Virus record (IMG/VR): IMGVR_UViG_3300016476_000359 | Coordinates: 1 to 42,158 of that record | DNA from: a virus | Lineage: Duplodnaviria > Caudoviricetes | Length of the DNA: 42,158 bases | Direction: 5' to 3' (one strand) | Part shown: piece by piece, positions 27,936 through 35,444 of the stretch | How the letters are laid out: each line of letters opens with the position of its first letter | Numbering within the stretch: the stretch's first letter is position 1 | Position numbers and translations under genes: made by a program | The notes under the pieces: model-generated | Told to the model about the DNA's origin: nothing | What the model saw: only the letters and a program-made list of their open reading frames with translations | The model's database searches: none

Positions 27936-29851
27936 AGCATTTCTCCTGTCTTGATTGCGTCGAGGATGCTTTCCGCAGTGACCTCAACTTCTTTATCTTT
28001 CGTTAGCGTATCAGAGAACTCCGACACCATACGCTCTTTGCGGTGAATCGTGTTTGCCATCCAAGTATCAACAGATGCGGGGATGCGGTAGACATACACA
28101 TCGTTCTCTTCTGTCTGCCCGATGCGGTCAGTACGGGCGTAGGCTTGGTCGCGCTTGCCAGGGTTCCACTCTTCGTCGATGATGTGGATGGCGGTGGCAT
28201 CGGTCAGATTGAGCCCAGTGCCACCAGTCTTGTAGTTGCAGAGCACGATGTCCCACAAGGGTTCTTCGCCCGAGCCACGGAAAAAGTTGCGCTTGATTTC
28301 TTGACGCAAACTCTTCGGTGTCTTGCCTGTCAGTTTGGCGACACGAAGGCCGTGCTCTTCGAGTAGGTCAGCGAAGGCGTTGATTGCAGTAGTGAACTGA
28401 CTGAACACAACCTGTCGTCTGCCCTGCTTGTGGATGTCGAGAATGTACTCGAGTGCCACATCGAACTTGGCTGACTCCTGTACTTCGGAGCCGACAGAGA
28501 AGACAATGTTGCCGTCAGCATCCTTGACCTCGATGCCACCAGCCCAGACATTCGCTTGGCGCTTACGGGTAATCAGCGAGATGAGGTGCATAATGGTCAG
28601 CCCCTCGCCAGACTCGAGCAGAATCTGTGCTCGCTCGGTGAGTTGCTTGATGACTTTGTATTGCTTCGGGTGGCTCTCGCCGTCAATGTCTACACGGATA
28701 AGGTGCTTGCGTTGCTTGGGCAACACGATGCCTGCGTCAGTTCGGCTGCGAGCGAGGAAGCGTCCAGCGATGAGGGGCTTGAGGTTCTCAATCTGCCCGT
28801 CACGGAACTCCATCTTGCCTGTGTGGTAGTTCTGGATGCAGAACGAGGTCGTGAATGAGCGCTGACTGCTGAACAGAATCGGGTCGCACAAGTGCAACAG
28901 CGCGTAGATGTCGAGGGGGCTGTTGAGTAGCGGTGTCCCCGTAGTGAAGCAGATGTTCTTGAGGCTCTTGGTCGACAGCCACTTGTCGAGTGCGAAGGTG
29001 TGGCGAACTCGCTCGTCCATACCCTTGACCCACTTGCAGTTAGGGCACGGCTTGGCAATCTTCATCTTTGACTGCTCGTTGATGTACAGCCCACGAATCA
29101 GCCCGCCACAGTTGGGGCAGGTGTTGTCTACCTTGCACAGCATCTGGATGTACTTGTAGTTGGCGCTCGCGGTGTTCTTCAGGTTGTGTGCCTCGTCCAC
29201 GATGAGCGAGTCAATCTGCCACTCCATCAAGCGAGCCAGCAGGTCGTTGTCTCTGCGCCAGATTTCGTAGTTGGCAATGACGACAGCCTCGGTCTCGGAC
29301 ATAATCGCATCCATCAGGGCGTGACGAGTCTTCGGCTTCTTTCTGTACAAGTTGTACACTTTGCGATGCGGAGCCAACTCCATTACCTCACCAGCGAACT
29401 GGTCGCAGATGTCTGCTTGGCACACGATGAGCACCTTCTTGGCTTTCACGAGGTCCAGCCAGCCCACGCTCTGTCGTGTCTTGCCAAGCCCCATCCCGTC
29501 ACCGAGAATCCAGCGCTTCGCGCCAGCCCCGAACAGCACACCGTCCCACTGGAAGGGCAGAATGGGGGCTACCTCGTCACTGCCCGAGTACCACGGCTTG
29601 CCTTCTGCGAGCCGAGCAAACTGCTCTTTCAGGCGCTCGATGTCCGCATTGACAATCTGTGCCTGCTCGAGGGCTTCTGCTCGTTTCTCCTCACGCTCTG
29701 TTGCACGACGCGCATCACGCAACAGGGCACGGGTCGAGGCTTCTCGCTTGTCTGCCTGCTCCATCTCTCCGAGCAGTGCTTCGAGTTGCTTGCGCTTCTT
29801 CTCGCGGGCTTCTGCTTCGAGATGGAGTTGAGTGACTAACTCATTGAGCAT
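27932..29851 (-). CDS. SNF2-family (SF2) helicase with zinc-ribbon insertion
   Basis: DGMGLGKT, DEAH, TGTP, VVFSQF, GTGLNL, WNPG..DQAYARTDRIGQ. Confidence 0.92.
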   Translation of the reverse strand: MLNELVTQLHLEAEAREKKRKQLEALLGEMEQADKREASTRALLRDARRATEREEKRAEALEQAQIVNADIERLKEQFARLAEGKPWYSGSDEVAPILPFQWDGVLFGAGAKRWILGDGMGLGKTRQSVGWLDLVKAKKVLIVCQADICDQFAGEVMELAPHRKVYNLYRKKPKTRHALMDAIMSETEAVVIANYEIWRRDNDLLARLMEWQIDSLIVDEAHNLKNTASANYKYIQMLCKVDNTCPNCGGLIRGLYINEQSKMKIAKPCPNCKWVKGMDERVRHTFALDKWLSTKSLKNICFTTGTPLLNSPLDIYALLHLCDPILFSSQRSFTTSFCIQNYHTGKMEFRDGQIENLKPLIAGRFLARSRTDAGIVLPKQRKHLIRVDIDGESHPKQYKVIKQLTERAQILLESGEGLTIMHLISLITRKRQANVWAGGIEVKDADGNIVFSVGSEVQESAKFDVALEYILDIHKQGRRQVVFSQFTTAINAFADLLEEHGLRVAKLTGKTPKSLRQEIKRNFFRGSGEEPLWDIVLCNYKTGGTGLNLTDATAIHIIDEEWNPGKRDQAYARTDRIGQTEENDVYVYRIPASVDTWMANTIHRKERMVSEFSDTLTKDKEVEVTAESILDAIKTGEML

Positions 29852-30344
29852 TGTTTACCCAGACATACTCGTAGACTTCGGGGCGCTCTCCAGTGTCTTC
29901 AGCCCAGTTGTACTGGCTGTACCAGCCATAGTCTTTCGACAGCAGGGCTGTGCGGTGGCTGGATGCAAGGTCATCGTAGATGGGGTCAGACATCCAGTGC
30001 GGAAGGTCTGCGGAGCCAGTCTCGTAGAGGAGCCCCAGTTCGAGAGCGCGGTCGTAGGTGTTGAGTGCCTTGTCTGCGATGGTGGACTGGTAGCCACGGC
30101 GCTTCCATTCCACAACCATCTCGACAACATAGTTGCACAGTGACGATTCGTAGCCGTGCCACATACGCACAGCGGGGTGATTGACCCAGCCTTTCGGCTG
30201 ACGGTGATTGCCTGCGGGGTCGAGTTCGAGCAGAGTCAACATAATCTGCCAGCCTTCGAGTGCCTGCTTGTTGAGTCTCTTGTTGTCGAGCAACACGGCC
30301 ACTTCAGAGAAGTCGTCAGTTGCTACGGGGAGAAATGTTTGCAT
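29841..30344 (-). CDS. MSMEG_6728-like / pyrimidine-dimer DNA glycosylase (DenV-related) family protein
   Basis: MQTFLP...LDNKRLNKQ..E..QI, W.NHPAVRMW.G, EW..RGY, LP.W, SHR..LL.KD..WY. Confidence 0.82.
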   Translation of the reverse strand: MQTFLPVATDDFSEVAVLLDNKRLNKQALEGWQIMLTLLELDPAGNHRQPKGWVNHPAVRMWHGYESSLCNYVVEMVVEWKRRGYQSTIADKALNTYDRALELGLLYETGSADLPHWMSDPIYDDLASSHRTALLSKDYGWYSQYNWAEDTGERPEVYEYVWVNNAQ

Positions 30345-30775
30345 TACTTGTTTTTCCTTTTCAGTAGTTCTTGCCAGTCAGGTCGTCCGATGCCTTCTCG
30401 AATGTCGTTAGCCAGTGACATAAACATCACGCCCAGCGCTTGTAAAGCGTCAGCCTTGGCAGTTCGTGTCTTTATGTCGTGTGTGCTTACATCAAGTAGG
30501 TCTTGGAGTGACCAGTTAGCGTTCTCAATCCATTCTAGCCATCCCTCGGCGGGCTGTTCGTATTCGACCAGAATGTGTTTAGCGTCTAGTTCATCGTACC
30601 TTTTAGCGTAGAACTGAACGGGTCTGCCCCCTACATTGAGGATTCGAGGGCTCTCCGCACAGATTCGATACACCGTAGCGAGCGAGGTCCTCGTGCGTTG
30701 AGCAATCTCTTTGGCTGTCAGCGGACGCTCGGCGTTGAGCAACGCGAGCATCACGCTGTGTTCCGTTATGCTCAT
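30344..30775 (-). CDS. Winged HTH DNA-binding protein
   Basis: PLTAKEIAQRTRTSLATVYRI; true start is the ATG at 30775 (ATGA overlap), not 30913. Confidence 0.72.
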   Translation of the reverse strand: MSITEHSVMLALLNAERPLTAKEIAQRTRTSLATVYRICAESPRILNVGGRPVQFYAKRYDELDAKHILVEYEQPAEGWLEWIENANWSLQDLLDVSTHDIKTRTAKADALQALGVMFMSLANDIREGIGRPDWQELLKRKNK

Positions 30776-30996
30776 CCGAACGCAATCCAATACATCCAGA
30801 TAAACGCCCACATAATCGGTAGCCCGACAAGGGCTGCGAAAACTCCGATAACGAGGTCTTTGCGCTCTTGGTAGGTCAGGCGGTTGCGGGTGTCCATAAA
30901 GATAACTCCGCAACGGGTACAGGCGAGGAACTCGTGCCCGTCATTGTACTTGTCGTAGACATAGGCGTGTTGGTCGTAGCAGATGCGCTTTCTCAT
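30772..30996 (-). CDS. Small protein with C/H cluster and C-terminal TM helix
   Basis: C...H...CTRC, then a hydrophobic tail; ATGA coupling on both sides. Confidence 0.6.
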   Translation of the reverse strand: MRKRICYDQHAYVYDKYNDGHEFLACTRCGVIFMDTRNRLTYQERKDLVIGVFAALVGLPIMWAFIWMYWIAFG

Positions 30997-31217
30997 CGGT
31001 ACCACGCATCCTCATCGCGTTGCTGGTCAGCCCGAGCATCAGGGTCGTAGCCGTAGTCTTCAGGCACCTCAACCCAGTCGGTCTCAATCTCGTGACCGCA
31101 TACGGGGCAGTTACCCGACAGAATAGCCATCCCTGCGTGAATCTCACCAGCGAGGCTCATCTCGATTTCGTCATCGCACCCGTTACAGGTGTAGATGTCT
31201 TCGACTTCGTACATCAT
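30993..31217 (-). CDS. Small acidic zinc-ribbon protein
   Basis: CNGC...CPVC, D/E-rich; GAGGAG SD. Confidence 0.65.
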   Translation of the reverse strand: MMYEVEDIYTCNGCDDEIEMSLAGEIHAGMAILSGNCPVCGHEIETDWVEVPEDYGYDPDARADQQRDEDAWYR

Positions 31218-31372
31218 TCTTTCTCCTCAAGGATTCGGCAGACATACTCGTAGCGGTCACTGTCGTGCAGTTCCATAAGCGTTGTCCACTGCTCTTCGGT
31301 CAGTGCGTCGGGCGGGAAGGTGAGCATCGCGCCCACGCCATACGAGCCGTCAGGCTCGACCCAGCCCATCAT
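31214..31372 (-). CDS. Small hypothetical protein (52 aa, MMGWVEPDGSYG...)
   Basis: Hand-translated; ATGA-coupled at both ends; exactly fills the gap. Confidence 0.65.
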   Translation of the reverse strand: MMGWVEPDGSYGVGAMLTFPPDALTEEQWTTLMELHDSDRYEYVCRILEEKE

Positions 31373-32007
31373 CGCCACACTCGAATCTCGAACTTGAGCC
31401 CCGACACTGCGATAGTGCGAGCGAACTGGTCAATGGTCAGGTCGCTGATGTCCTTGGGGTCAATGGTGAACGAGTCCTTCGAGTCGATAAACTCGCGTTC
31501 TTCGGGCTCCTGCTTGGGCGCTTCCACGGTGTACTCCTTTGTCGGGATTGCGTTCAGTTTCATTTCCCACACTTCGTAATCAGTCGAATCTTGCGCGACT
31601 TCTTCTACCTGCGTGGCAGTGCTACGAGCCCAGACACCGTGTCCAGCCTTGTGGTAGCCCATCTGGTCGAGGGCTCGGTAAACAGTCTGCGGTGCCATCT
31701 CGAGGGCGCTGTACACTCTCGACACCGAGAACTGCTCGGGGTTGCCCATCTGCGCGAGTGTCTTCTCCACTGCTTCGATGGTCTGCTTTCGTGCTTTGAT
31801 GTCCAAGTCAGTCTCCTTGTCTAGTTGGACTCCAGCCCGCTTGAGGCGAGCCAGCGTGTTTTTCATAGCCCGATGGTCGGACTCTGTTCGGTGGACGGTG
31901 ATGGTGCTACCGTCTGGGGCGAGTATCTGCCAGCCCGCCTTGGTGTCGCGGACTTCTATGCCCGCGTCCTTGAGTTTGCTGAACAGTTCTCGCAGTTGCT
32001 TACTCAT
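31369..32007 (-). CDS. HicA-like (dsRBD-fold) domain fused to an HTH-like domain
   Basis: N-terminal L...G.EV..T..G.....PDG..ITVH.T.SD.RA.KN..A.LKRAG; central MAPQTVYRAL helix. Confidence 0.65.
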   Translation of the reverse strand: MSKQLRELFSKLKDAGIEVRDTKAGWQILAPDGSTITVHRTESDHRAMKNTLARLKRAGVQLDKETDLDIKARKQTIEAVEKTLAQMGNPEQFSVSRVYSALEMAPQTVYRALDQMGYHKAGHGVWARSTATQVEEVAQDSTDYEVWEMKLNAIPTKEYTVEAPKQEPEEREFIDSKDSFTIDPKDISDLTIDQFARTIAVSGLKFEIRVWR

Positions 32008-32233
32008 ACTTCTTCACCGCTTTCAGGTCGAACTTGTCAAGGTCAGTGTCTTTGACGATGATGCTCACGCCACGACGGTCAGTGAGTTCTGCCCAGTAGG
32101 TGCCCCAGTCGGTCGAGCCAGTCTGGGTGATGGTCACGGCGTATTGCGTGTCGGTTGCGTAGTTCATCGTCATCATCTGCCCTACTCGTGCGGTGCGAAA
32201 TGACTTGACGGGGTGCTTTTGTACAGTTTCCAT
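32000..32233 (-). CDS. Hypothetical protein
   Basis: 77 aa with GAAAGG SD. Confidence 0.65.
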   Translation of the reverse strand: METVQKHPVKSFRTARVGQMMTMNYATDTQYAVTITQTGSTDWGTYWAELTDRRGVSIIVKDTDLDKFDLKAVKKYE

Positions 32234-32254
32234 TATTGCCTTTCAGTTTTGGTA

Positions 32255-32587
32255 TTAGCGTACCATAGGTACGAGAACATTAGCCAACTTGCTTTTTAGT
32301 TTTTCGTGCAGTGTGACGGGCAGTACGGCTTCGTCATAGTGAATCCACCAGTCATAGCCGTACTCGAACTCGGGGTAGGCACGGCGCAGTAGGCGTGTCT
32401 CTTCGGGAGTGCACTCGATGAGTATGCCTACCTCGGCGTGGTCGCTTCCCGTGTCGCCGTTCTCGTAGCGGTAGTGCCAGTAGTCGTAGACATCGACAAA
32501 CAACTTGTCAGAAATGTAGGCTCCGTGCTTCTCGTCCCACTCTTCGCGAAAGAAAATGTTGAGGTCAATGGCGCGGTGCGTAATCAT
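32255..32587 (-). CDS. Hypothetical protein
   Basis: 110 aa, GGAGG SD, ATGA-coupled. Confidence 0.65.
   Translation of the reverse strand: MITHRAIDLNIFFREEWDEKHGAYISDKLFVDVYDYWHYRYENGDTGSDHAEVGILIECTPEETRLLRRAYPEFEYGYDWWIHYDEAVLPVTLHEKLKSKLANVLVPMVR
32257..32265 (-). promoter_or_regulatory. Extended -10 promoter (TGG-TACGCT)
   Basis: Identical 9-mer to 36352-36360; just upstream of the SD of 32233. Confidence 0.5.
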
Positions 32588-32778
32588 CGGTCCTCCTCCG
32601 CTTTGTACTCTTCGAGAAATCGAAGAACAAACTCGTAGGCTTCGTGAGCGCCGATAGAGTAGCCGTAGTCATAGGGCTCGTACTCGTCGTATTCGCGAAC
32701 CTTCAGGGCATCCTCGTCCCAGTATTTCGATTGCTCGTTCAGAAAGTCGCGCAGTTCTTGTTCAGTGAATCTAAACAT
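32584..32778 (-). CDS. Small acidic hypothetical protein
   Basis: 64 aa, E/D/Y-rich, AGGAGG SD. Confidence 0.65.
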   Translation of the reverse strand: MFRFTEQELRDFLNEQSKYWDEDALKVREYDEYEPYDYGYSIGAHEAYEFVLRFLEEYKAEEDR

Positions 32779-32885
32779 TAGTTGTCCTCCTTGTTGTCGC
32801 AGTTGTTACAGTTCACGGGCTCGCGGGTGTATTCGCACCAGACCTCGGCACCGCATCGGGCGCAGTTGGTAATCATCGCAAACAT
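32778..32885 (-). CDS. Zinc-finger microprotein (35 aa, MFAMITNCARCG...CNNCDNKEDN)
   Basis: Hand-translated; two CxxC pairs; TAATG coupling at both ends; GGAGGAG SD. Confidence 0.65.
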   Translation of the reverse strand: MFAMITNCARCGAEVWCEYTREPVNCNNCDNKEDN

Positions 32886-33325
32886 TAGTTCTCCTCCTCG
32901 GAGTGGTCGAAGTAGTCGGCTTGGCAGGGCTGGCAAAAGCCCAGTTCTTCGCGCCAGACATCATCAGGCACGGGCTTCGCGCAAGTCTGGCAGGGCAGGT
33001 ACCCCGTGTAGGTGTACTCCTGCTGTCCCTCGCAGACACGGCAGAACGGGTGGCAGTCGAACTCCCCGTCGTGATTAGGGCAGGGCACCTTGTCGCCTAC
33101 GCTCGGGGCTCCCTGAATCCATCGTGCGAAACGGTAGCGCTCGCCGTGTAGCGGGCTTCCGCATAGGTCGCACGGGCTCTTAGAAAAGTCGATGATGCCT
33201 TCGCCCGTGCTGGCGTAGTTCGGGTCAGTGTTGTCGGTCAGTTCAGGGTCGAACTTCTCGTTCTTCACCAACATACAATCGGGGCATAGCCACGCATCGC
33301 GGTAGTGCTCAAACTTGGTGCTCAT
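32885..33325 (-). CDS. Multi-zinc-finger hypothetical protein (146 aa)
   Basis: Start at MSTKFEHY (TAATG overlap); six CxxC/CxxH-type pairs. Confidence 0.68.
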   Translation of the reverse strand: MSTKFEHYRDAWLCPDCMLVKNEKFDPELTDNTDPNYASTGEGIIDFSKSPCDLCGSPLHGERYRFARWIQGAPSVGDKVPCPNHDGEFDCHPFCRVCEGQQEYTYTGYLPCQTCAKPVPDDVWREELGFCQPCQADYFDHSEEEN

Positions 33326-33672
33326 TAGTTGCCTGCCTTCCGTGCGTTCAGTTGCTCGTCGAGTTCGCGGGCAAGTTCGGCGTGGTACCAGTAGAACATT
33401 GCGTGGCTCGCCTCGCGAGCGATGCGCTGAAGCGTGGTGTCGTCCTTGTCGTGAATCGGGTACTCTCCCCCGAGTTCTTCGATGTCGGGGCATCCCGCTA
33501 CCATCCACTCTTCGATGGCTTGGTAGTAGTAGGGGTTGATGAGCCCGTCGGCGTATTCGGTCAGTGCATCGTCGTAGTCGTCGGCGTTGTCACTGTCGAT
33601 GTAGTGGAGCATTTCCATAACTGCCCCGTGCACTGCTTCGAGCAGGTCGCGCTCGGTGATTGTGTCGCTCAT
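33325..33672 (-). CDS. Ocr-like acidic DNA-mimic / anti-restriction protein (115 aa)
   Basis: DDYDDALTEYADGLINPYY resembles T7 Ocr [19 protein letters not shown] as I recall it; about 27 D/E versus 7 K/R; same size; early position. Confidence 0.65.
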   Translation of the reverse strand: MSDTITERDLLEAVHGAVMEMLHYIDSDNADDYDDALTEYADGLINPYYYQAIEEWMVAGCPDIEELGGEYPIHDKDDTTLQRIAREASHAMFYWYHAELARELDEQLNARKAGN

Positions 33673-33862
33673 TGTGTTGCCTTTCAGTTGGTTTCTTCGG
33701 TGCGGGTGATTTCGAGCGAGGAGAAAGTTCCCTCGACGACATAGCGGGTCAAGCCCCAAACAAAGTCTGCGAGTTGGCTCGCGTCGATTTCGCTGGAAAC
33801 GGTCTGTCCGTTGTTGTCGGTTGTTGTGACGGTGAATCGCATTGTTTTGCCTTTCAGTTGGT
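33670..33862 (-). repeat. Duplicated start-associated sequence ACCAACTGAAAGGCAA(C/A)ACAATG
   Basis: 23-nt copies at 33670-33692 and 33840-33862 with one mismatch; shorter copies at 32236-32248 and 27257-27267. Confidence 0.75.
33684..33842 (-). CDS. Small hypothetical protein (52 aa), first gene of the main leftward operon
   Basis: ATG at 33842 after a GAAAGG SD. Confidence 0.6.
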   Translation of the reverse strand: MRFTVTTTDNNGQTVSSEIDASQLADFVWGLTRYVVEGTFSSLEITRTEETN

Positions 33863-33887
33863 GGGGCGGTTGCCCCGTTACATACAA

Positions 33888-33960
33888 AACCTATCATAGA
33901 TTTAGCGTACGCAACACTAAATCAACACTTTTTTGGTAACAGTTTGATAACGGCGTGTCG
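33888..33960 (-). promoter_or_regulatory. Main leftward early promoter region (extended -10 TGA-TAGGTT, upstream GTTAYC direct repeat and CGACACGCCG box)
   Basis: -10 at 33893-33888; GTTATC-N5-GTTACC at 33951-33935; AT-rich upstream tract. Confidence 0.55.
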
Positions 33961-34105
33961 TGTCAGGTTTCGCGAAAAATCTCGGTATCGTGAGTCCTTG
34001 ACGGACTCACGCGGGAAAACGCGGGGGTCTTTTCTTATGGCTTTTTTAGTCGGGGGCGTGTCGCGCCGACAACACGCGGAAAAACCTTCTTACCCCTTTT
34101 CTCAC

Positions 34106-34134
34106 TTGACAAGACTATTTTTCGGGGGTACGCT
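34106..34134 (+). promoter_or_regulatory. Consensus sigma-A promoter TTGACA-N17-TACGCT with no downstream ORF
   Basis: TTGACA at 34106-34111, 17-nt spacer, TACGCT at 34129-34134. Confidence 0.7.
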
Positions 34135-34140
34135 CCATCA

Positions 34141-34250
34141 AGGAGCGTAACCCCCGAAAACAAGAAAAAGCGGGGGGCGCTCCTTTTCAGTTCGAGCCCT
34201 GCCCACGAGCCCCAGCCCTAACGGGCGGGCTCGGGGCGGACGGGCTCGAG
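34141..34250 (+). ncRNA. Candidate structured non-coding RNA (3' end uncertain: ~34187 or up to ~34433)
   Basis: Starts at the predicted TSS; hairpin 34141-34184 with A-rich loop, then a long GC hairpin 34192-34249. Confidence 0.4.
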
Positions 34251-34376
34251 GTCGATTGAGTCGGGTCGAGCGACAGAGTGCAGACAGTCGGACGGCAATC
34301 GACAGAGAGTCGGACGGTCGGAAATAGGGCTATCTCGTTCTGACATTCAGCCCGCGAAATGGCGAACGGCTAGTTT

Positions 34377-34393
34377 GTCCACCTTGTTTCCAG
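34377..34393 (-). repeat. Conserved early-region motif copy 1 (CTGGAAACAAGGTGGAC)
   Basis: One-base insertion relative to copies 2-4. Confidence 0.75.
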
Positions 34394-34405
34394 ATGAGAT
34401 TTTGG

Positions 34406-34433
34406 TGGGGGTACCCCTTTCGGGGTACCCCCA
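34406..34433. terminator. 12-bp perfect hairpin (GAAA loop on - strand) after the 34446 gene
   Basis: TGGGGGTACCCC-TTTC-GGGGTACCCCCA; lacks a clear U-tract. Confidence 0.55.
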
Positions 34434-34445
34434 TTACTGGAGGGG

Positions 34446-34628
34446 TCATTCATCTCCTCTGGTCAGTGCGCCAAAGCCGACAGTGTTGCCGTTGTAGTCA
34501 CGGATGTTGCGTGTCGTGAACTCTTCAGAATCCGCCAAGCCGTCCGCGAGAGCGTAGAGTGCCTGCGCGACCTGCCACGGTTCGCTCATTGCGTCGTTGC
34601 CCATCTCGATTTCGATGATGTATTTCAT
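34446..34628 (-). CDS. Small early hypothetical protein (60 aa)
   Basis: GAAAGG SD; I.IEMGNDAM...I.DYNGNTVG pattern. Confidence 0.7.
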   Translation of the reverse strand: MKYIIEIEMGNDAMSEPWQVAQALYALADGLADSEEFTTRNIRDYNGNTVGFGALTRGDE

Positions 34629-34646
34629 CGGGTGCCTTTCGGTAGG

Positions 34647-34670
34647 GGGGAGCCCCCGTAGGGGCTCCCC
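34647..34670 (-). other. Intergenic 10-bp hairpin with c(UACG)g tetraloop
   Basis: GGGGAGCCCC-CGTA-GGGGCTCCCC on +; no U-tract; nearly identical stem to 35066-35089. Confidence 0.65.
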
Positions 34671-34676
34671 TGATGG

Positions 34677-34964
34677 TTAGTTGTACTGGTCCGCGTGTTC
34701 GCAGATGTCGGAATCGCAAGCCTCGCATACAAAGTACGCGATGGCGCGGACACGGTTCAGGGAGCCACCGTGAGCGCGTTCCGCAAGGTGGTTGATGAGC
34801 GAGAAAGCGTCCTTCCAGTACACGCTCTGTCCCGTCATCGCGTAGAGGGCGAGACTGTTCGCGATGTCATCGCAAATGTCGATTGCCTTTCCGATGTGTT
34901 CCGCGACATATGCGCGGTGGATGTCTTCCCAAACTTTGGGTTCGACGGTGATTGGATTACCCAT
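34677..34964 (-). CDS. Small early hypothetical protein (95 aa, C-terminal CxxC...CxH)
   Basis: GAAAGG SD; downstream of motif copy 2. Confidence 0.68.
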   Translation of the reverse strand: MGNPITVEPKVWEDIHRAYVAEHIGKAIDICDDIANSLALYAMTGQSVYWKDAFSLINHLAERAHGGSLNRVRAIAYFVCEACDSDICEHADQYN

Positions 34965-35034
34965 TGTTAGCCTTTCAGATTGTGAAATGGTATTTAGTTA
35001 TGTGAAAAATCTAATGCGAGCGACCAGCCCGTTC

Positions 35035-35050
35035 GTCCACTTGTTTCCAG
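35035..35050 (-). repeat. Conserved early-region motif copy 2 (CTGGAAACAAGTGGAC), probable promoter element
   Basis: Exact 16-mer shared with copy 3; TAGATT about 21 nt downstream. Confidence 0.8.
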
Positions 35051-35054
35051 AGTG

Positions 35055-35089
35055 AAGAAAGAAATCGGGAGCCCCCGAAGGGGCTCCCG
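35055..35089 (-). terminator. Intrinsic terminator, c(UUCG)g loop
   Basis: 10-bp stem 35066-35089 followed on the - strand by ATTTCTTTCTT. Confidence 0.75.
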
Positions 35090-35093
35090 TCAT

Positions 35094-35369
35094 TTACACG
35101 AGTTGTTCCCAAACAACGCCGTTTCGAGTGATGAGCATTTGAGTTGCGCCAGCGTTGGCTGTCGCCCAGTCGAGCACTTCCAGAATGTCCTCGTTGTCGG
35201 TGACAATGCCCTCGTAGTAGAGTTCGTCGTCATCGTCCAGGATTCGGAACTGAAGCATCGGCTCGGTCTCCTTGTAGGGGTCTCCCTGGTGGAGACCGTG
35301 CGCGTTCAGGTTCGTCCCTGGGGGCGAGTAGGTGTCCGCGATGTGGTCGGTGGTGATGATGTAAGCCAT
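35094..35369 (-). CDS. Small early hypothetical protein (91 aa, FRILDDDDELYYEG motif)
   Basis: ATG at 35369 after AAAGGAGGT; the longer ORF call runs through a terminator and promoter. Confidence 0.72.
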   Translation of the reverse strand: MAYIITTDHIADTYSPPGTNLNAHGLHQGDPYKETEPMLQFRILDDDDELYYEGIVTDNEDILEVLDWATANAGATQMLITRNGVVWEQLV

Positions 35370-35420
35370 TTGCTTACCTCCTTTCATAAACCAATCTGCC
35401 AGCAAGCGAACAGCCAGTTG

Positions 35421-35436
35421 GTCCACTTGTTTCCAG
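35421..35436 (-). repeat. Conserved early-region motif copy 3 (CTGGAAACAAGTGGAC)
   Basis: Exact 16-mer; similarity to copy 2 extends about 28 nt further, to CAGATT. Confidence 0.8.
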
Positions 35437-35444
35437 TTGATAAG

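Noticed and set aside
33673-33897. Long N-terminal extensions in the ORF track (33897, 33508, 30913, 35480, 27300, 12587, 36612)
   Set aside because: They run through other genes, promoters or terminators; internal starts have clear SDs or stop-start coupling.
33900-34440. tRNA genes in the large non-coding region
   Set aside because: No cloverleaf with T-loop GTTCRA in the proper context and no matching acceptor stem seen.
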